A stretch of DNA of 63,175 bases, counting the filler, from Gonapodya sp. JEL0774 (Eukaryota), in the NCBI GenBank assembly GCA_027604505.1. It is 33 parts of 33 records of this genome, joined end to end, with 100 filler letters (N's around TTAATTAATTAA, not from the genome) between each part and the next. Parts side by side here need not be neighbours in the genome. Positions count along the whole stretch, not along the records: positions 49,951 to 51,758 come from JADIIX010002585.1; positions 51,859 to 53,664 come from JADIIX010002586.1; positions 53,765 to 55,568 come from JADIIX010002587.1; positions 55,669 to 57,472 come from JADIIX010002588.1; positions 57,573 to 59,374 come from JADIIX010002589.1; positions 59,475 to 61,275 come from JADIIX010002590.1; positions 61,376 to 63,175 come from JADIIX010002591.1; 26 more parts are not named here. One strand, written 5' to 3'. Position 1 is the first letter of the stretch, and every line of letters begins with the position of its first letter. The notes beneath the pieces were generated by a model. It was not told the origin of the DNA and made no database searches. It saw only the letters and a list, made by a program, of their open reading frames with translations. Positions 50,236-63,175 of this stretch are shown here, piece after piece. A program made the position numbers and the translations under genes.

Positions 50236-50717
50236 TACATATTTTTTCGATCAGCTGGCTCCGGCACATAGTCTGAGTAGATACGAGAGACATACATAGC
50301 TTATTCTACCATCCTATTGTCTATGATTCATTGATACTATCTACAAAACTTGTGACGGAACAGGTCTATGTGTGAGGGTTTAGGCACGTAGATAGCAAAT
50401 ATATTCTACACCTCGAACACCATCATACACTGCCACCCCTTCGATCCATCCCGTGCAGTCCTCCACAAGTGGGGGTTAGACCGAGACAATCTCTGGGCTA
50501 TTTTGGTGGTCTTCAAGTCTTCTACGATCATTTTTGTCAACTTCGATTTTGCCGCTGTCTCCCACTCAAGTTACGTCGACCTGAGCGCAAGCATCAACGC
50601 CTTTCTTTGTTTTCTCTTGCTCTCTGCAACGTTCTCTCCTCCGCATTGCTTCTCCAGGGGTCTGAACCAGTTTTTCTCGGTTTTGTCTCTCTCGGCTAAA
50701 ACTCGCCGGCGTTCGAA

Positions 50718-51281
50718 ATGTCTGAGCAGGCAAACGAGAACGCGCCTGTTGTTGATATCGAATTGGAAAACGACGGAAGAAACAGTGATGTCCCGTATGG
50801 TCCGAGTGAACAGGACTTTGAGGAAGTCAGCATACGCACTCGTCGTGCCGAGAATGCTTCTCGAGCCCGTGAATCAGCCAAAGCCAACGACGGTGCTAGG
50901 CATGGAAACGAAAACGCCTCTCAAGATGAGATGGAGTTAGATGACAATGAAAATGTGAACGGTCAGTTTGTCCGTCGAAGGACTATGAGTGCTGCCGGCT
51001 CATCCGCACCTGTTGGTGTAGCACGTATTACCACATTAGAACGCGAGAATCGTAGCCAAAAAGATACCATAAGGGCAATGCAGATTGCCATTGCTGACCT
51101 GCAGCATCAACTTGGATCAACGGACTTCACATTGGCCAACTGCTATGAAATCAAAGTTTGTATATGTAGAGTGCTCTACATTTCACGCTATGTTCTGTGT
51201 TCAAGGTGGAGTGCAGAGCTCATAAGACTGAGGCTCCCACCAAAACGTACAACGCCAGGTTGGAACAGCACAACCACCTGA
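50718..51281 (+). CDS. Hypothetical acidic/coiled-coil protein, possibly element-encoded
   Basis: 187-aa ATG ORF with an acidic disordered N-terminus and a heptad segment (RITTLERENRSQKDTIRAMQIAIADLQHQL). Probable intron after about 51155. Confidence 0.45.
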   Translation: MSEQANENAPVVDIELENDGRNSDVPYGPSEQDFEEVSIRTRRAENASRARESAKANDGARHGNENASQDEMELDDNENVNGQFVRRRTMSAAGSSAPVGVARITTLERENRSQKDTIRAMQIAIADLQHQLGSTDFTLANCYEIKVCICRVLYISRYVLCSRWSAELIRLRLPPKRTTPGWNSTTT

Positions 51282-51858
51282 GCGTGCTCTATGGGAAATG
51301 GTAGCTCAAAGACAGAAAACCTAGTTACTTAAATTGTCGGCTGCGCGTCTAATACTTTGGTATTAGCTTGTTCGGTGTGATCAACCGTGCGAGAGTGCGC
51401 TGGCATGAAACTAGCTTTACAGCCAAAGAGCTAGGAGTCCGTTAGTTGATTGGCTCATGTGCACGTTGTCAGCGATGACAATGAAAGCCATCTTTTGCCT
51501 TTTGTTTTTCTGTTTGGTTGACCTTTGTTTCTGCGTTGACTTAAGAGCTTATGTATTCCGCTTCTCTTTGCCATTGCCAGGCATGGAGTCGTATCCGTCA
51601 GTGGGAACAGTTCCCTCCCGGATGTTCAGAGCGCATCCAACGTTAGTTTGACTGACGTGAGTGGAACAATGATAGGAAGTAGACCGCTTCCAGGCTATGG
51701 GCAAAGTTCTCATACAATGTATGTGTGAAACTAGGTTGTGCGGAACCCTGAAGTGCCCNNNNNNNNNNNNNNNNNNNNNNNNNNNNNNNNNNNNNNNNNN
51801 NNTTAATTAATTAANNNNNNNNNNNNNNNNNNNNNNNNNNNNNNNNNNNNNNNNNNNN

Positions 51859-53664
51859 TGGCCCCTAGTGAGCTCTTGGTCTGCAAGCTTCATCTTCAGC
51901 ATGCGGTCGTAGAGCAGCTACAAGCAAATGCCCAAGAAAACGCCGATTAGTGACCGACTTTCCGGGGGCACAACCGTAAGAACCGAAAGCGAACAACCTC
52001 TCTCCCAACTCACATGAAACAGCCTGAAGAACACGTAAAAGCTCTGATTTCCATACAGGTGGAAACTCATCCTCTGATTCTTGACTCCGACCGCCTTTGG
52101 AACAACCCCGGCGGCTCCCTTCCCCTTATCGCCTTCGATCCTTGCGTCCCCATCCGCCGGAACTTTCCCATGCTCTTCGCTTCCGTTCCCCGGATGATTT
52201 CCCTCCTCATCCACTTCCATCCCGTCGGTGTCGGCAACCCTGTGTCCGCCGTTCACTGTACCACTCTCACTCTCACTGGCGGGCATCATACCAAATATAG
52301 CGTTGACAAACCCGTCAAAATACTCCCGAATAGACGTCCGATCATGCTCCGTCGCACCGACCATGCAATCGATCCCACACGAAATGATCCTCCGGACGTC
52401 CTCAAACACGCCCGGGTCCTTGAACCCGAGCCGCATGTGGTACCTGTTGCCGAGTCCCGAGTCAGGTTGGGCTGCAGGCGCCTTGCCCATGGCAACTCGC
52501 AGCTGGTGCTTCTTCTCCTGCTCCTTGGCCAGGTTTTCGATCTCGGTGAGAAGGGATTTGGGCGAGGTCTTCTTCTTGTCGTCAGCTTTGAAGCTGAAGG
52601 ACTGGTAGTCCAGGGCCTTTTGGTAGTTGTTGGAGTCGATCTGGCGCCAGACTTTTTGCCACTCGCGCTGAGGAAAGGAAAAAAAAACCAAAAATAGTGT
52701 CAGGATTGTACTGCATCAACTCGACATGGACTCGCAACAGCTCCGCCTAGACCAGTGCATTACTCTCACAGGCACCCGACTCACCTGCGCCCTCTTCCAC
52801 TCCTCATCCTTCTGCTGCAACCTCTTCAACACCACAGGCACGGTGACCGCCGGATGCTCGTGCAAAAGCTTGAGCACCTCCAACCCCCTGGCCCCGTCGT
52901 ACACCTTCTTGATCACCCTCTTGTAAATCGTCCCGCTCGTTCCGCCCAAACCTTCCTCCAGTCTCATCTTGGCCTTCTCCTCCGCGGTGTAGGTGGCGAT
53001 CTTCTTGGCGATGGGTTCCAACAGCGCGATCACGTGCAGGTTCGATTGGATGTTGAGGTCGAACTCGTAGCGCTCGTCCTCGGCCTTGTGAAGGGCCTCC
53101 TCGAAAGTGTTGCGGTACCTGTTGCTGGAATTGTCCCGCTCCTCGGATTGTACGACAGGGTGGCTCGTCCAGTCGTCGTTGAGCACCTCTTGGTGGGACG
53201 GTTCTCGGCCAGAACAGGTCGGACGGGGGATGTGAGAGGGGAGCAAGCGGTACGAACGGCCCGACCGACGGCAGGCTCGGAGGTCGACTTCGGGGCGGGC
53301 GGCGGGGATGTTGTCTGCGTGGTGCGTGTGCGGGTGCGTGTGCGTGTGTGGGTGCGAGAGACCGTCACTTCATCCGTCAGATCACCCACCCTCCCCCCCC
53401 AACGACCGAAAACCATCCTATCCACTCACATATCGCCTCCTCTTCCTCATACTTGACCAACCTCTTCAAAAACTCGAACAGCTCCGGCGTCCTCGCGAGG
53501 AACGGCCTTGCCCTGTCCACCAACGTGGCCACGTCGATAATCTCCTGGCTAAACATGTTGAGCAGCTTCAGGAAATCGTTGTACGTAGCCTTGGGCATGG
53601 TCTTGCGGACTTTCTCGAAGAACTCCACTTCCATCTGTGTGCCCGCGCTCGCCGCACCACCTCC
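51859..53664 (-). CDS. SIN3: Sin3 corepressor, PAH3/HID region
   Basis: FFEKVRK...YNDFLKLLNMFSQEII, CSGR...VLNDDW.SHP, EDERYEFD, LKRLQQKDEEW and KALDYQSFSFK. Confidence 0.96.
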
Positions 53665-53921
53665 NNNNNNNNNNNNNNNNNNNNNNNNNNNNNNNNNNNN
53701 NNNNNNNNTTAATTAATTAANNNNNNNNNNNNNNNNNNNNNNNNNNNNNNNNNNNNNNNNNNNNCCCATAATGCAAGACTGGAGCTGTGCCGAGTGGGCT
53801 CATGCATTTTTCTGGTACCCTCCTTTACGCCCCAGAGTACAGCCTCTTTTCGTAGCTGCCGGAAAAGTAACAGAATTGAATACACACCGCAACACCCACC
53901 ACCTCAATTTTACGCGAGCTC

Positions 53922-55568
<1,647 letters not shown>

Positions 55569-55668
55569 NNNNNNNNNNNNNNNNNNNNNNNNNNNNNNNN
55601 NNNNNNNNNNNNTTAATTAATTAANNNNNNNNNNNNNNNNNNNNNNNNNNNNNNNNNNNNNNNNNNNN

Positions 55669-57472
55669 TGGCAAGCGAGGGCCAGAATGTGGGAGAACAG
55701 GGCAACCGAGGCCGACTCGAGGGCCGACGTGTCAGAGACCCGACTCGCCGACACCCAGAAATCGCTCAGCGACGCCGAGTCCAACCTCACCGCCGCCCAC
55801 CACCACCTCGACACCCTCCACCTCCGCCTCACCGAATCCTCCACGCTCGCCGCCGCCGCCGACGCTCGCGCCTCCACCGCCACCACCCGCTGCACCGAGC
55901 TCGAACACCACCTTGAGGCAGCCAGCCGCCGAGCCCACGATGCCCAGAGCGCCGCGACCCTTGCCGAGGACCGCGCCCGCCGTGCAGAAGAGGAGCTCCA
56001 CCGGCTCCGTGCGCAACTCGCCGACACCACCCACCATCTCGCGCAGACCCGCGCGGACCTCGACCAGGCCACCGTGGCGGCCCAGGCCGTCACCGAGCGG
56101 GCGGTCCGGGCCGAGACGGAGCGCGGGGAGGTGGAACGGAGGGTGGGTGTGGCGGAGACGGGGGAGGTGGAGGCGAGGAGGAGGGCGGAACGGGTGGAGG
56201 AGGAATTGAAGGGGAGGGAAGAGGAGTGTAAGGTGTGGGAAGAGAGGGCGACGAGGGCTGAGAGGGAGGTGGAGGGGGTCCGGGGGCTGCTGGAGGGGGT
56301 GAGGGAGGAGAAGGTGAGTTCCGCGGGTCGGTTCCACACCGTAACGGGCCGGTAAGGCCGGTGTTCCTCCGTTCCGCTCACCATCACCGCCATCCACCCC
56401 AACTCCCCGCCTCTTATACCATCACGACGCTCCCCGCACACCGGAACATCGCACACCGAACATCTCCCCACGGAAAGACCTCTTCTTCCCACCGCCTTTT
56501 CCTTTTCCCATCCTGCCCCTCCCAGACCGACCTCCAGTCCCACCTCACCGCCGCCCAGTCCCGCGTCCACCACCACGAGACCACCATCGCCACGCTCACC
56601 GCCCAGCTCGCCCAGGCCCGCTCCGACGCTGCCAGGAGAGCGTCCAGGTCCATGTCCATGTCCCGGGCCGAGAGCCGCGCGGACATCGAGACGGGCGGCG
56701 ACGAGACGGTCTCCACCTGGTCCGACGAGACCGAGGTCGTGGTGGGGAGTGCGGCGGACCCCACCAAGAGTGCCGCGTCGGGGTCCGGGTCGCCGGGAGG
56801 GTCGGCGTACGGGTCCACAGTGGTGTTGGGCGGTTCGAGGTCCCCCCTGTCGGTGGCGTCTGGCAGCGGGACCGGGTCGACTGTGACGATGCAGGATGTT
56901 GATGGGTACAGGAAGAGAGCTGTGGAGGCGGAGAGGAAGGCCGCGGAGGCCGAGAGGATGGTGGAAGGGTTGAGGAGGGAGGTGGAGAGGGTGAAAAGGG
57001 AACAGGCGAGTGCCACGATGACCACACCCGTGAAGCCCGCCCTGACGAGTGGACGAGCTCCGGTCCCGCCCACCCCGACCGCGGCTCGACGGATCGCGGA
57101 TCTTGTTGGCAAGTTGGAACTCTCGGAACGGCGGGTGCGCGAGCTTGAGGACGCGCTGATGGACGTGCAGGCCGCGCAGACGAGCCTCGTGGTGGAGAGC
57201 GAGCGGGACGTGAGGATCGCGGACGAGTTGGAGGAGCTGGGCGAGGTGAAGGCGCGGTGTGCGAGGGCCGAAGTGGAACTTGGCCGGGCGAGAGATGTGG
57301 TTGCCCGGTTGGAGAGGCGGGTGCGGGAGGCCGAGGCGACGGGTGAGGAGGTCGAGGGGTTGAGAAGGGCGTTGGAGAGGGAGACCAAGAGGACTGGGGA
57401 GATGTTGAGGGAGATGGAGAAGATGGCTGGGGAGCGGGAGGAGGATGGGAAGATGAGGGTGGTTCAGGAGGA
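55669..57472 (+). CDS. Long coiled-coil protein, internal part (two exons)
   Basis: E/R/A-rich heptads in open frames separated by intron 56314-56525. Confidence 0.7.
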
Positions 57473-57572
57473 NNNNNNNNNNNNNNNNNNNNNNNNNNNN
57501 NNNNNNNNNNNNNNNNTTAATTAATTAANNNNNNNNNNNNNNNNNNNNNNNNNNNNNNNNNNNNNNNNNNNN

Positions 57573-59369
57573 GAAGGCCATGCTAAGCCTATCGACGTAC
57601 TTGCCATGAACATCTCCCTCGCCTCGGACGGAGAAGTCGCGAAGGAGTTTGAGTCAGCAGGATTCGACATCGACCCAGAAGAGCCTTACAAGATCTTGAA
57701 CAACCGTGAACTCCGCTTGTCAGATGTGGAAGAGCTTAACCGCGACGTTGAGATGTACCTGGGGCTTGAAAAGGACGAGACCAACCGCGAGTTTTGGAGA
57801 TGCATGTTAATCGTATGCCAGGACGAGATTTCTCGGCGACGCCGTGCTGCCGATCCTAAGATCGCAGCAGGTCAGTCCACCGGTGGTGCTGCTCGCACCG
57901 GCATATCACCTCAGATTGAGGCAGAAATCGAGTCTCTTCTCGTGGACAAGACGTACTCGGAGCTATCCTCGCTCCAGCGCGAGGTGGACGAGAAGCTAGC
58001 GACTGGAGGTCCTGTTGATGTCGAGTATTGGGAAGCTCTTCTCAAGGCAATCGTGGTGTGGAAAGCTAAAGCCAAGCTTAGGGAGATGCACCGGCGGGTG
58101 CTGGAAACCCGGTTGGAGCGATTGCGCGAGCGCCAGAGGGAAGAAGCCCGAAAAGGAGAGGAAGATTTGGTCCGGAAAACCCTCGGGGGCGGTGGTATCA
58201 AGCTTCAACTTGGTCCCAAACCCAGAAATCGCCGTGGCGGCGACAAGAAAGAGGACGAAGATTCAGAAACAGAATCTTCCTCGGACGAAGACGAAGACGG
58301 TGGAAAATACATTGGCGCGACTGGCATCATGGAACCCAGTGCCGAGGACGAGATCATTGAGGAGATGGACGTGTACGATGGTAGCATGTCACCGATTCTC
58401 CTAAAAGAACTATCAAGGGAGGATAGGGATGCTGAAGTTGTCGATGAATTTGAAGATGCGGCAAGACTTAAGGATGCGAGGAGAAAGGTGCTGCAACAGA
58501 GGTTGATTGCCAAGCCTGTGATGGCGGGCGGTGGCTCCAGCGGACAGAAGAAGGGTGTTGAGAACGGAGAAGGTGAAGGAAGTGGCATTTTGGAGGAGAA
58601 ATTATACAAAGAAGAGGCCGGGAAAGATATGGAGGAGGACGAAGAGGTATTCAAGGAGGAGGTGGAGACAGACCGAGGCAAGGTTTATTTGTGGCAGGAT
58701 AAGTACAGGCCGAGGAAGCCCAGGTACTTCAACCGTGTTCACACCGGATATGAGTGGAAGTGAGTTCATTAGTGCTGGCGATGGGTCCTGTTAGGAGAGC
58801 AGACAGTTCCTGGAGCTGATCTCCTTATTCGTCCTCGCAGCAAGTACAACCAAACCCATTACGATACGGACAATCCACCACCAAAAGTTGTGCAAGGCTA
58901 CAAGTTTAATGTGAGTCAATAAACCAATTTCTTCTATCTCATCGCGACAGGCGATATGCTCAATATTTATTATTGATCTACATAGATATTCTACCCAGAT
59001 CTCATCGACAAGTCGAAAGCTCCAACGTACAAGCTTGTCAAGGATCCTTCTAATCCCGACACGGTAAGTTTGCATGCCCTCGCTGGCGTTGCTTCTCCGT
59101 ATAACTAATTTGGAACATGCGTGTCCCGAAATAAGGTCATTCTCCGATTCACCGCAGGTCCACCTTACGAAGACATTGCATTCCGCATCGTGGCTCGTGA
59201 ATGGGAGTACTCTCATAAGAAGGGATACCGGTGCGTATTTGATAGGGGCATCTTGCAGCTTCATTTTAGGTACAAGAGGTGAGTGTTACCCAAAATCGTC
59301 ACTCTGACATGATAACAAATCAGGATTCGTATTTTTACCATTCTCGACAGGCATTTCTACCGGAAGTGA
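57573..59369 (+). CDS. CACTIN: Cactin (spliceosome-associated), 3' part
   Basis: AKPID.LA.N, DVEYWE.LL, WQDKYRPRKPRYFNRVHTGYEWN|KYNQTHYD.DNPPPKVVQGYKFN and GPPYEDIAFRIV.REW. Confidence 0.96.
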
Positions 59370-59474
59370 GGGCANNNNNNNNNNNNNNNNNNNNNNNNNN
59401 NNNNNNNNNNNNNNNNNNTTAATTAATTAANNNNNNNNNNNNNNNNNNNNNNNNNNNNNNNNNNNNNNNNNNNN

Positions 59475-60461
59475 TCTAACCTTCCTGCTGCCGACATCAA
59501 GTCTCACAGCTCTAGTGAAGACGGCTCATCAGCAATTGAAGATAAGATATCGGAACTCGCGAGACAGAACCAGGTTCTTCGTGCGAGAATGCAGCAGTCA
59601 AAGCGCGAAAAGAAAGAAGACCAGGAGCGGGTGAAAGAATTGATCTCACTCCTCCAAGTTCAAGAAGAACGACTTTCTAAATTGGAAAAAATGAAGGCCG
59701 AAAAGGAATCCGAGCGTCGCGCCAAACAGAAGTTGATTGGACACCGCGAGCGCGCACATCCGAAGGACTCCTCGTCGGGATCCGGATCATCTCGAGGGAC
59801 GCGGAAAACTACAATCGCAGTCACGGAGAAGACGCTTGAACAGAGTCAAAATGGTGGATGGCATGTAGTTGATCAGGTCACCAGGGAATACGATTCCCAT
59901 CATCCGGAAACCATTGCGCAACTGGCTACTTCTCCACCAATTCAGCAAGGGGTGCCAGTTTCTCGTATTCCAGTCCCAGGGCCTCAAGTGATCAAACCCA
60001 AAGTTATTCCTAAACCCGTCCCCGTACTTCATGCCAAACTTGAAACCGTTACAAAATCGACCCGCTCGAAACCACGGTCAGGGGACGATTCGCTTCGAGA
60101 AAGTAGTGCACTTTCTGGAACATCTTCGGACGATGAAGCGATCGCTGCACGAAAGAAGGAGAAGAGAAAGGCAGGAGCCTCCAGAAACTTGTGGGAACTG
60201 GCGGCGAACGAGTACGCGGCCACTGCAGGGAAACCCCCATTACTTTCCCCGGAGAGAAAGGCATCGAGCTTATTAAAACGTGAGTCTTCATTAGTAATTA
60301 GTGTCGTTCGGTATGCCCTTCCATGCTTATGTCATACTTCCTACAGGCCGATGAGTGAAGGAAAAGAATCACCAAGTCCGGACAGCGCATTGCATGGCAA
60401 TGAATTTACAACGCATAGTACGATTTTACATAAATTGTGCGTTCTACTCGTAAGATATTAG
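59475..60461 (+). CDS. Hypothetical coiled-coil/low-complexity protein, 3' part
   Basis: Long open frame from near the contig edge, with a probable donor at about 60280. Confidence 0.55.
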   Translation, partial: SNLPAADIKSHSSSEDGSSAIEDKISELARQNQVLRARMQQSKREKKEDQERVKELISLLQVQEERLSKLEKMKAEKESERRAKQKLIGHRERAHPKDSSSGSGSSRGTRKTTIAVTEKTLEQSQNGGWHVVDQVTREYDSHHPETIAQLATSPPIQQGVPVSRIPVPGPQVIKPKVIPKPVPVLHAKLETVTKSTRSKPRSGDDSLRESSALSGTSSDDEAIAARKKEKRKAGASRNLWELAANEYAATAGKPPLLSPERKASSLLKRESSLVISVVRYALPCLCHTSYRPMSEGKESPSPDSALHGNEFTTHSTILHKLCVLLVRY

Positions 60462-60830
60462 TCGATCATATATCCTCAGTGTCTTGATTCCATTGTAACT
60501 CTGATTCTGTGTTCGCACATGAACTTTGAGAACGTTTCGCACCAAATGTGAGAACAAGCTCAGATACAGGTTTCAGATGCGTGTGTTCAGAGTGTTTTGA
60601 TCGCGAGCGGACTCGTTTTATGAAGCTCGCTTTACCCGCCGTGATGCGTGTCGCAAATGCAGACATAACCACGGACCACAGAAAACTTCGTATTGTGATA
60701 AATTCCCGAACAAGCAAACTAGCAATGATATGTCCAACAAGTCTTTGATCAAGGAGAAAGGCCTAAATATACCTATTTATAGTGCGCTTCGATGAACACC
60801 ATCATCAGGCGGTCCCGACGATCACTCTGC

Positions 60831-61275
60831 TCACAACTCGCACCCCATGAGCACCACGTCCGGCGAGTGTCTCATGACGCGTGGGTCGACGAGCTCGAAC
60901 CCGATGAATGTGAATGCGCGGAGGAGCGGACCTGGATGTACACGCAAAGGTGAGTATCAAGGGTTCACTGCGCAGCATCCCTGCTCGAACGCAACCTCAA
61001 ACACCACTTAACCACTCACCCTGATCGGGCCTTCCTTTCTCCATGACAATCACCACCTCCTGCACTCCCAAACATCCTTCTGCAACATCCAACACAGCTG
61101 CAATATGCTCCTTTGGCAACACCCCGGTCCTCGGTGTCGGGGGCACAACAACGAGCAGGGAGCGTATCGCGTCCGTTCCGGGGCCATTGGGGGTGCGACG
61201 GACGACGAACCCTTTGAAGACTGTTCCGTGGTTCACGCCAGACGAGGAAGACGCGAATGGCCCGCCCGCGGCCCG
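60831..61275 (-). CDS. OAZ1: Ornithine decarboxylase antizyme, C-terminal ORF2 portion
   Basis: KEHIAAVLDVAEGCLGVQEVVIVMEKGRPDQ|GPLLRAFTFIGFELVDP...VLMGCEL*, with intron 60932-61019. Confidence 0.88.
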
Positions 61276-61401
61276 NNNNNNNNNNNNNNNNNNNNNNNNN
61301 NNNNNNNNNNNNNNNNNNNTTAATTAATTAANNNNNNNNNNNNNNNNNNNNNNNNNNNNNNNNNNNNNNNNNNNNGTTCAACTTCATTGACCTCCCTGCA
61401 G

Positions 61402-61601
61402 GCGTCGTCCCTGTGACGCGAACAGCTCTTTCCGACACCAAGCCTGAGTACACCACACGAAACGCAACAGAGAAGAGCGTCTGGGACCACTACGACCCAA
61501 AGACTTTCGAGAACGTCCCTGTTGGAGTGCAAGTTGTGGGACGGAGGTATAATGAGGAGAATGTGGTGGCATATATGCGCGTTGTTGATGCGGCGCTCAA
61601 G
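61402..61601 (+). CDS. Amidase-signature family enzyme, C-terminal exon
   Basis: VVPVT...WDHYDP..FENVPVGVQVVGRRYNEE.V. Confidence 0.8.
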
Positions 61602-62209
61602 GTAAGTTTCGTGCTGCTACACTGGGTTGGTGGCTGTGCCCGAATGACGCGAATTTGCTCTATTAAGTCACGAAAATAATTAGAATGTGTAAATAATTCG
61701 TCCACTGTAGAACGTGCCAAAATCACACAAATTTGAACTGATCATCAGTGCCCCGTACCCACCGGGCAATCTACTGCGCGCGATTGCAGCAAACGCCCCA
61801 AGCGACATAAAACTTGGGGTGGAAACTTTGCAATTTTCTTCGACGACAGCTAGTCCGAAATTTACTGCAGCTACCGTAGTTCATACACCTGGTTACAACT
61901 GCTTCAATTGTGCACTATGTTCTCATCCTCATACAAGCGACCAGGAAGCCTTTCTCAGACGTGGAACTAGGTAGTCCAAGTGGATGATTTGCAGCATTAC
62001 AAGATTGTAGTATATTCATAGTCGTAATTCAAGGAGACTGTCCAATTCTAAATGTTCTATGAGGGTGCTACCCCAAAAATCGATTGTTCCCAATTCGTCA
62101 ACGCAATAACCCGACACTCCAAAGTGATGCGTCTGGCGATAACTCGCACCGTCAGGATCCCACGCTGATGAAACCACTTCCATCGAGTCCCAACGGTTCC
62201 TTTACATAT

Positions 62210-63118
62210 TCAGAGCAACAATGCCACAACTCCATGGTGTCTCCACTTCTGTGCCATTTGTAGCGCTTCGCAATTTCCTGCATGCACGTCTGCCCCACGG
62301 TCCAGGAGCGCCGCAACGACGTGCACATGGCCCTGCTGTGCAGCGATTGAGAGGGGACGACGGTCGAAACCTTTGAGAGAAGCGCCGCTCTCGAGAAGAA
62401 GGATGACCAGGTCAAGATTTCCTCTCCAACATGCTTGGGCCAGTGGGGATCCACTGTGCGAGTCAGGGTGTGCACCGCTTGAGAGGAGGTGTTTTACAAC
62501 GGTGAGGTGAACGGTGTCAGAGCGTCCGCTGGTCGCGGCGACGAGGGCATCGTTCAGGTTTGCTCCAGCACCGAGGAGTCTGGTTACAAGTTTCAGGTTG
62601 CCCCTATAACACGCTTTGACGAGGGCACGTGATATCGCGCTCTCGCTCTGACCCCTTGCGAGCAGAGTGACGACGAGGTTCTCGCCGTTCGAGATATCTG
62701 CTGCGACCTCCAGTGCCAGACCGGAGTCAGACACACCACCATCCAGAAGTGATAAAATAATGTCCAATGCAAAATTTCCTCTGCGCGCGAGCTCCGCAAT
62801 AATGATATCGAGGCGCATTAAAAACGTAGGTAAGATCTGGGAGGGCTTATCTGCTTGGATGATAACTTGCCGATGTCGCAGTATTGCCCGAAGAACAGCA
62901 AAACTATGCTTCCTGCGGCTATATTCGAGCACAAAAGCCGCCAAAGGAGAAGAGTAGTGCGCGATGGCGCGAGTGGCGATCGCCTCCGGGTCTCGGAGGG
63001 CTGGTAACAGCTCTCGCGATAGAGCGCCCAGAGGAAGGCCGAGGCGATTTTCGTCCCAGAACGTGGAGATGAGAGCCTGAATCTCTATGGGAAGTGACAG
63101 AAGCGCGAACTGTCCCAT
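62210..63118 (-). CDS. Intronless ankyrin-repeat protein with F-box-like N-terminus
   Basis: LLSLPIEIQALI start. Repeats ALVKAC..GN...V..LL..GA, PLAQAC..GN...V.LLLE.GA and PLSIAA..GH..VV..LL..GAD. Confidence 0.85.
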   Translation of the reverse strand: MGQFALLSLPIEIQALISTFWDENRLGLPLGALSRELLPALRDPEAIATRAIAHYSSPLAAFVLEYSRRKHSFAVLRAILRHRQVIIQADKPSQILPTFLMRLDIIIAELARRGNFALDIILSLLDGGVSDSGLALEVAADISNGENLVVTLLARGQSESAISRALVKACYRGNLKLVTRLLGAGANLNDALVAATSGRSDTVHLTVVKHLLSSGAHPDSHSGSPLAQACWRGNLDLVILLLESGASLKGFDRRPLSIAAQQGHVHVVAALLDRGADVHAGNCEALQMAQKWRHHGVVALLL

Positions 63119-63175
63119 GGATGTTCTCCTGCTGGTGTGCACAAAGTTCCAAAATGTCAGACTGGGTGCTGTGTC

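Overview
This window is not contiguous DNA. It is 33 short eukaryotic contigs (about 1,835 bp falling to about 1,800 bp, ordered by decreasing length) joined by 32 artificial 100-nt linkers (N44-TTAATTAATTAA-N44). No neighbourhood inference can cross a linker, and most genes are truncated. The genes have short spliceosomal introns and fungal-type proteins. A complete TMEM107 (ciliary transition zone) gene suggests a flagellated, early-diverging fungus (chytrid/monoblepharid-like; inference). Recognisable genes: carboxylesterase, PPPDE-thioredoxin-PUL protein, fasciclin, Plp1/TXNDC9, GH26, TMEM107, Rieske RIP1, double-trefoil GH31, SEL1-repeat protein, TSR1, class 3 lipase, TBC Rab-GAP, cyclase/KynB, NDUFS6, SAM methyltransferase, VAMP7, POL2, CrtC/AttH-like protein, SNM1/PSO2, AP-3 delta, MFS transporter, M3 peptidase, SulP, gamma-COP, Sin3, IMPDH, cactin, ODC antizyme, amidase and an ankyrin protein. 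Mobile DNA: a SWIM-finger element with a USP-like Cys box, a decayed DIRS/Ngaro tyrosine recombinase, a MITE with 30-bp TIRs, a hAT-like terminus and a hairpin-rich Helitron-like end. I cannot support a multi-gene novel system. The best leads are the SWIM/USP-like transposon cargo, the intron-containing bacterial-type CrtC/AttH gene, the animal-like trefoil GH31 and a C-to-G polarity within exons. All family calls are by-eye motif recognition; no database searches were run.
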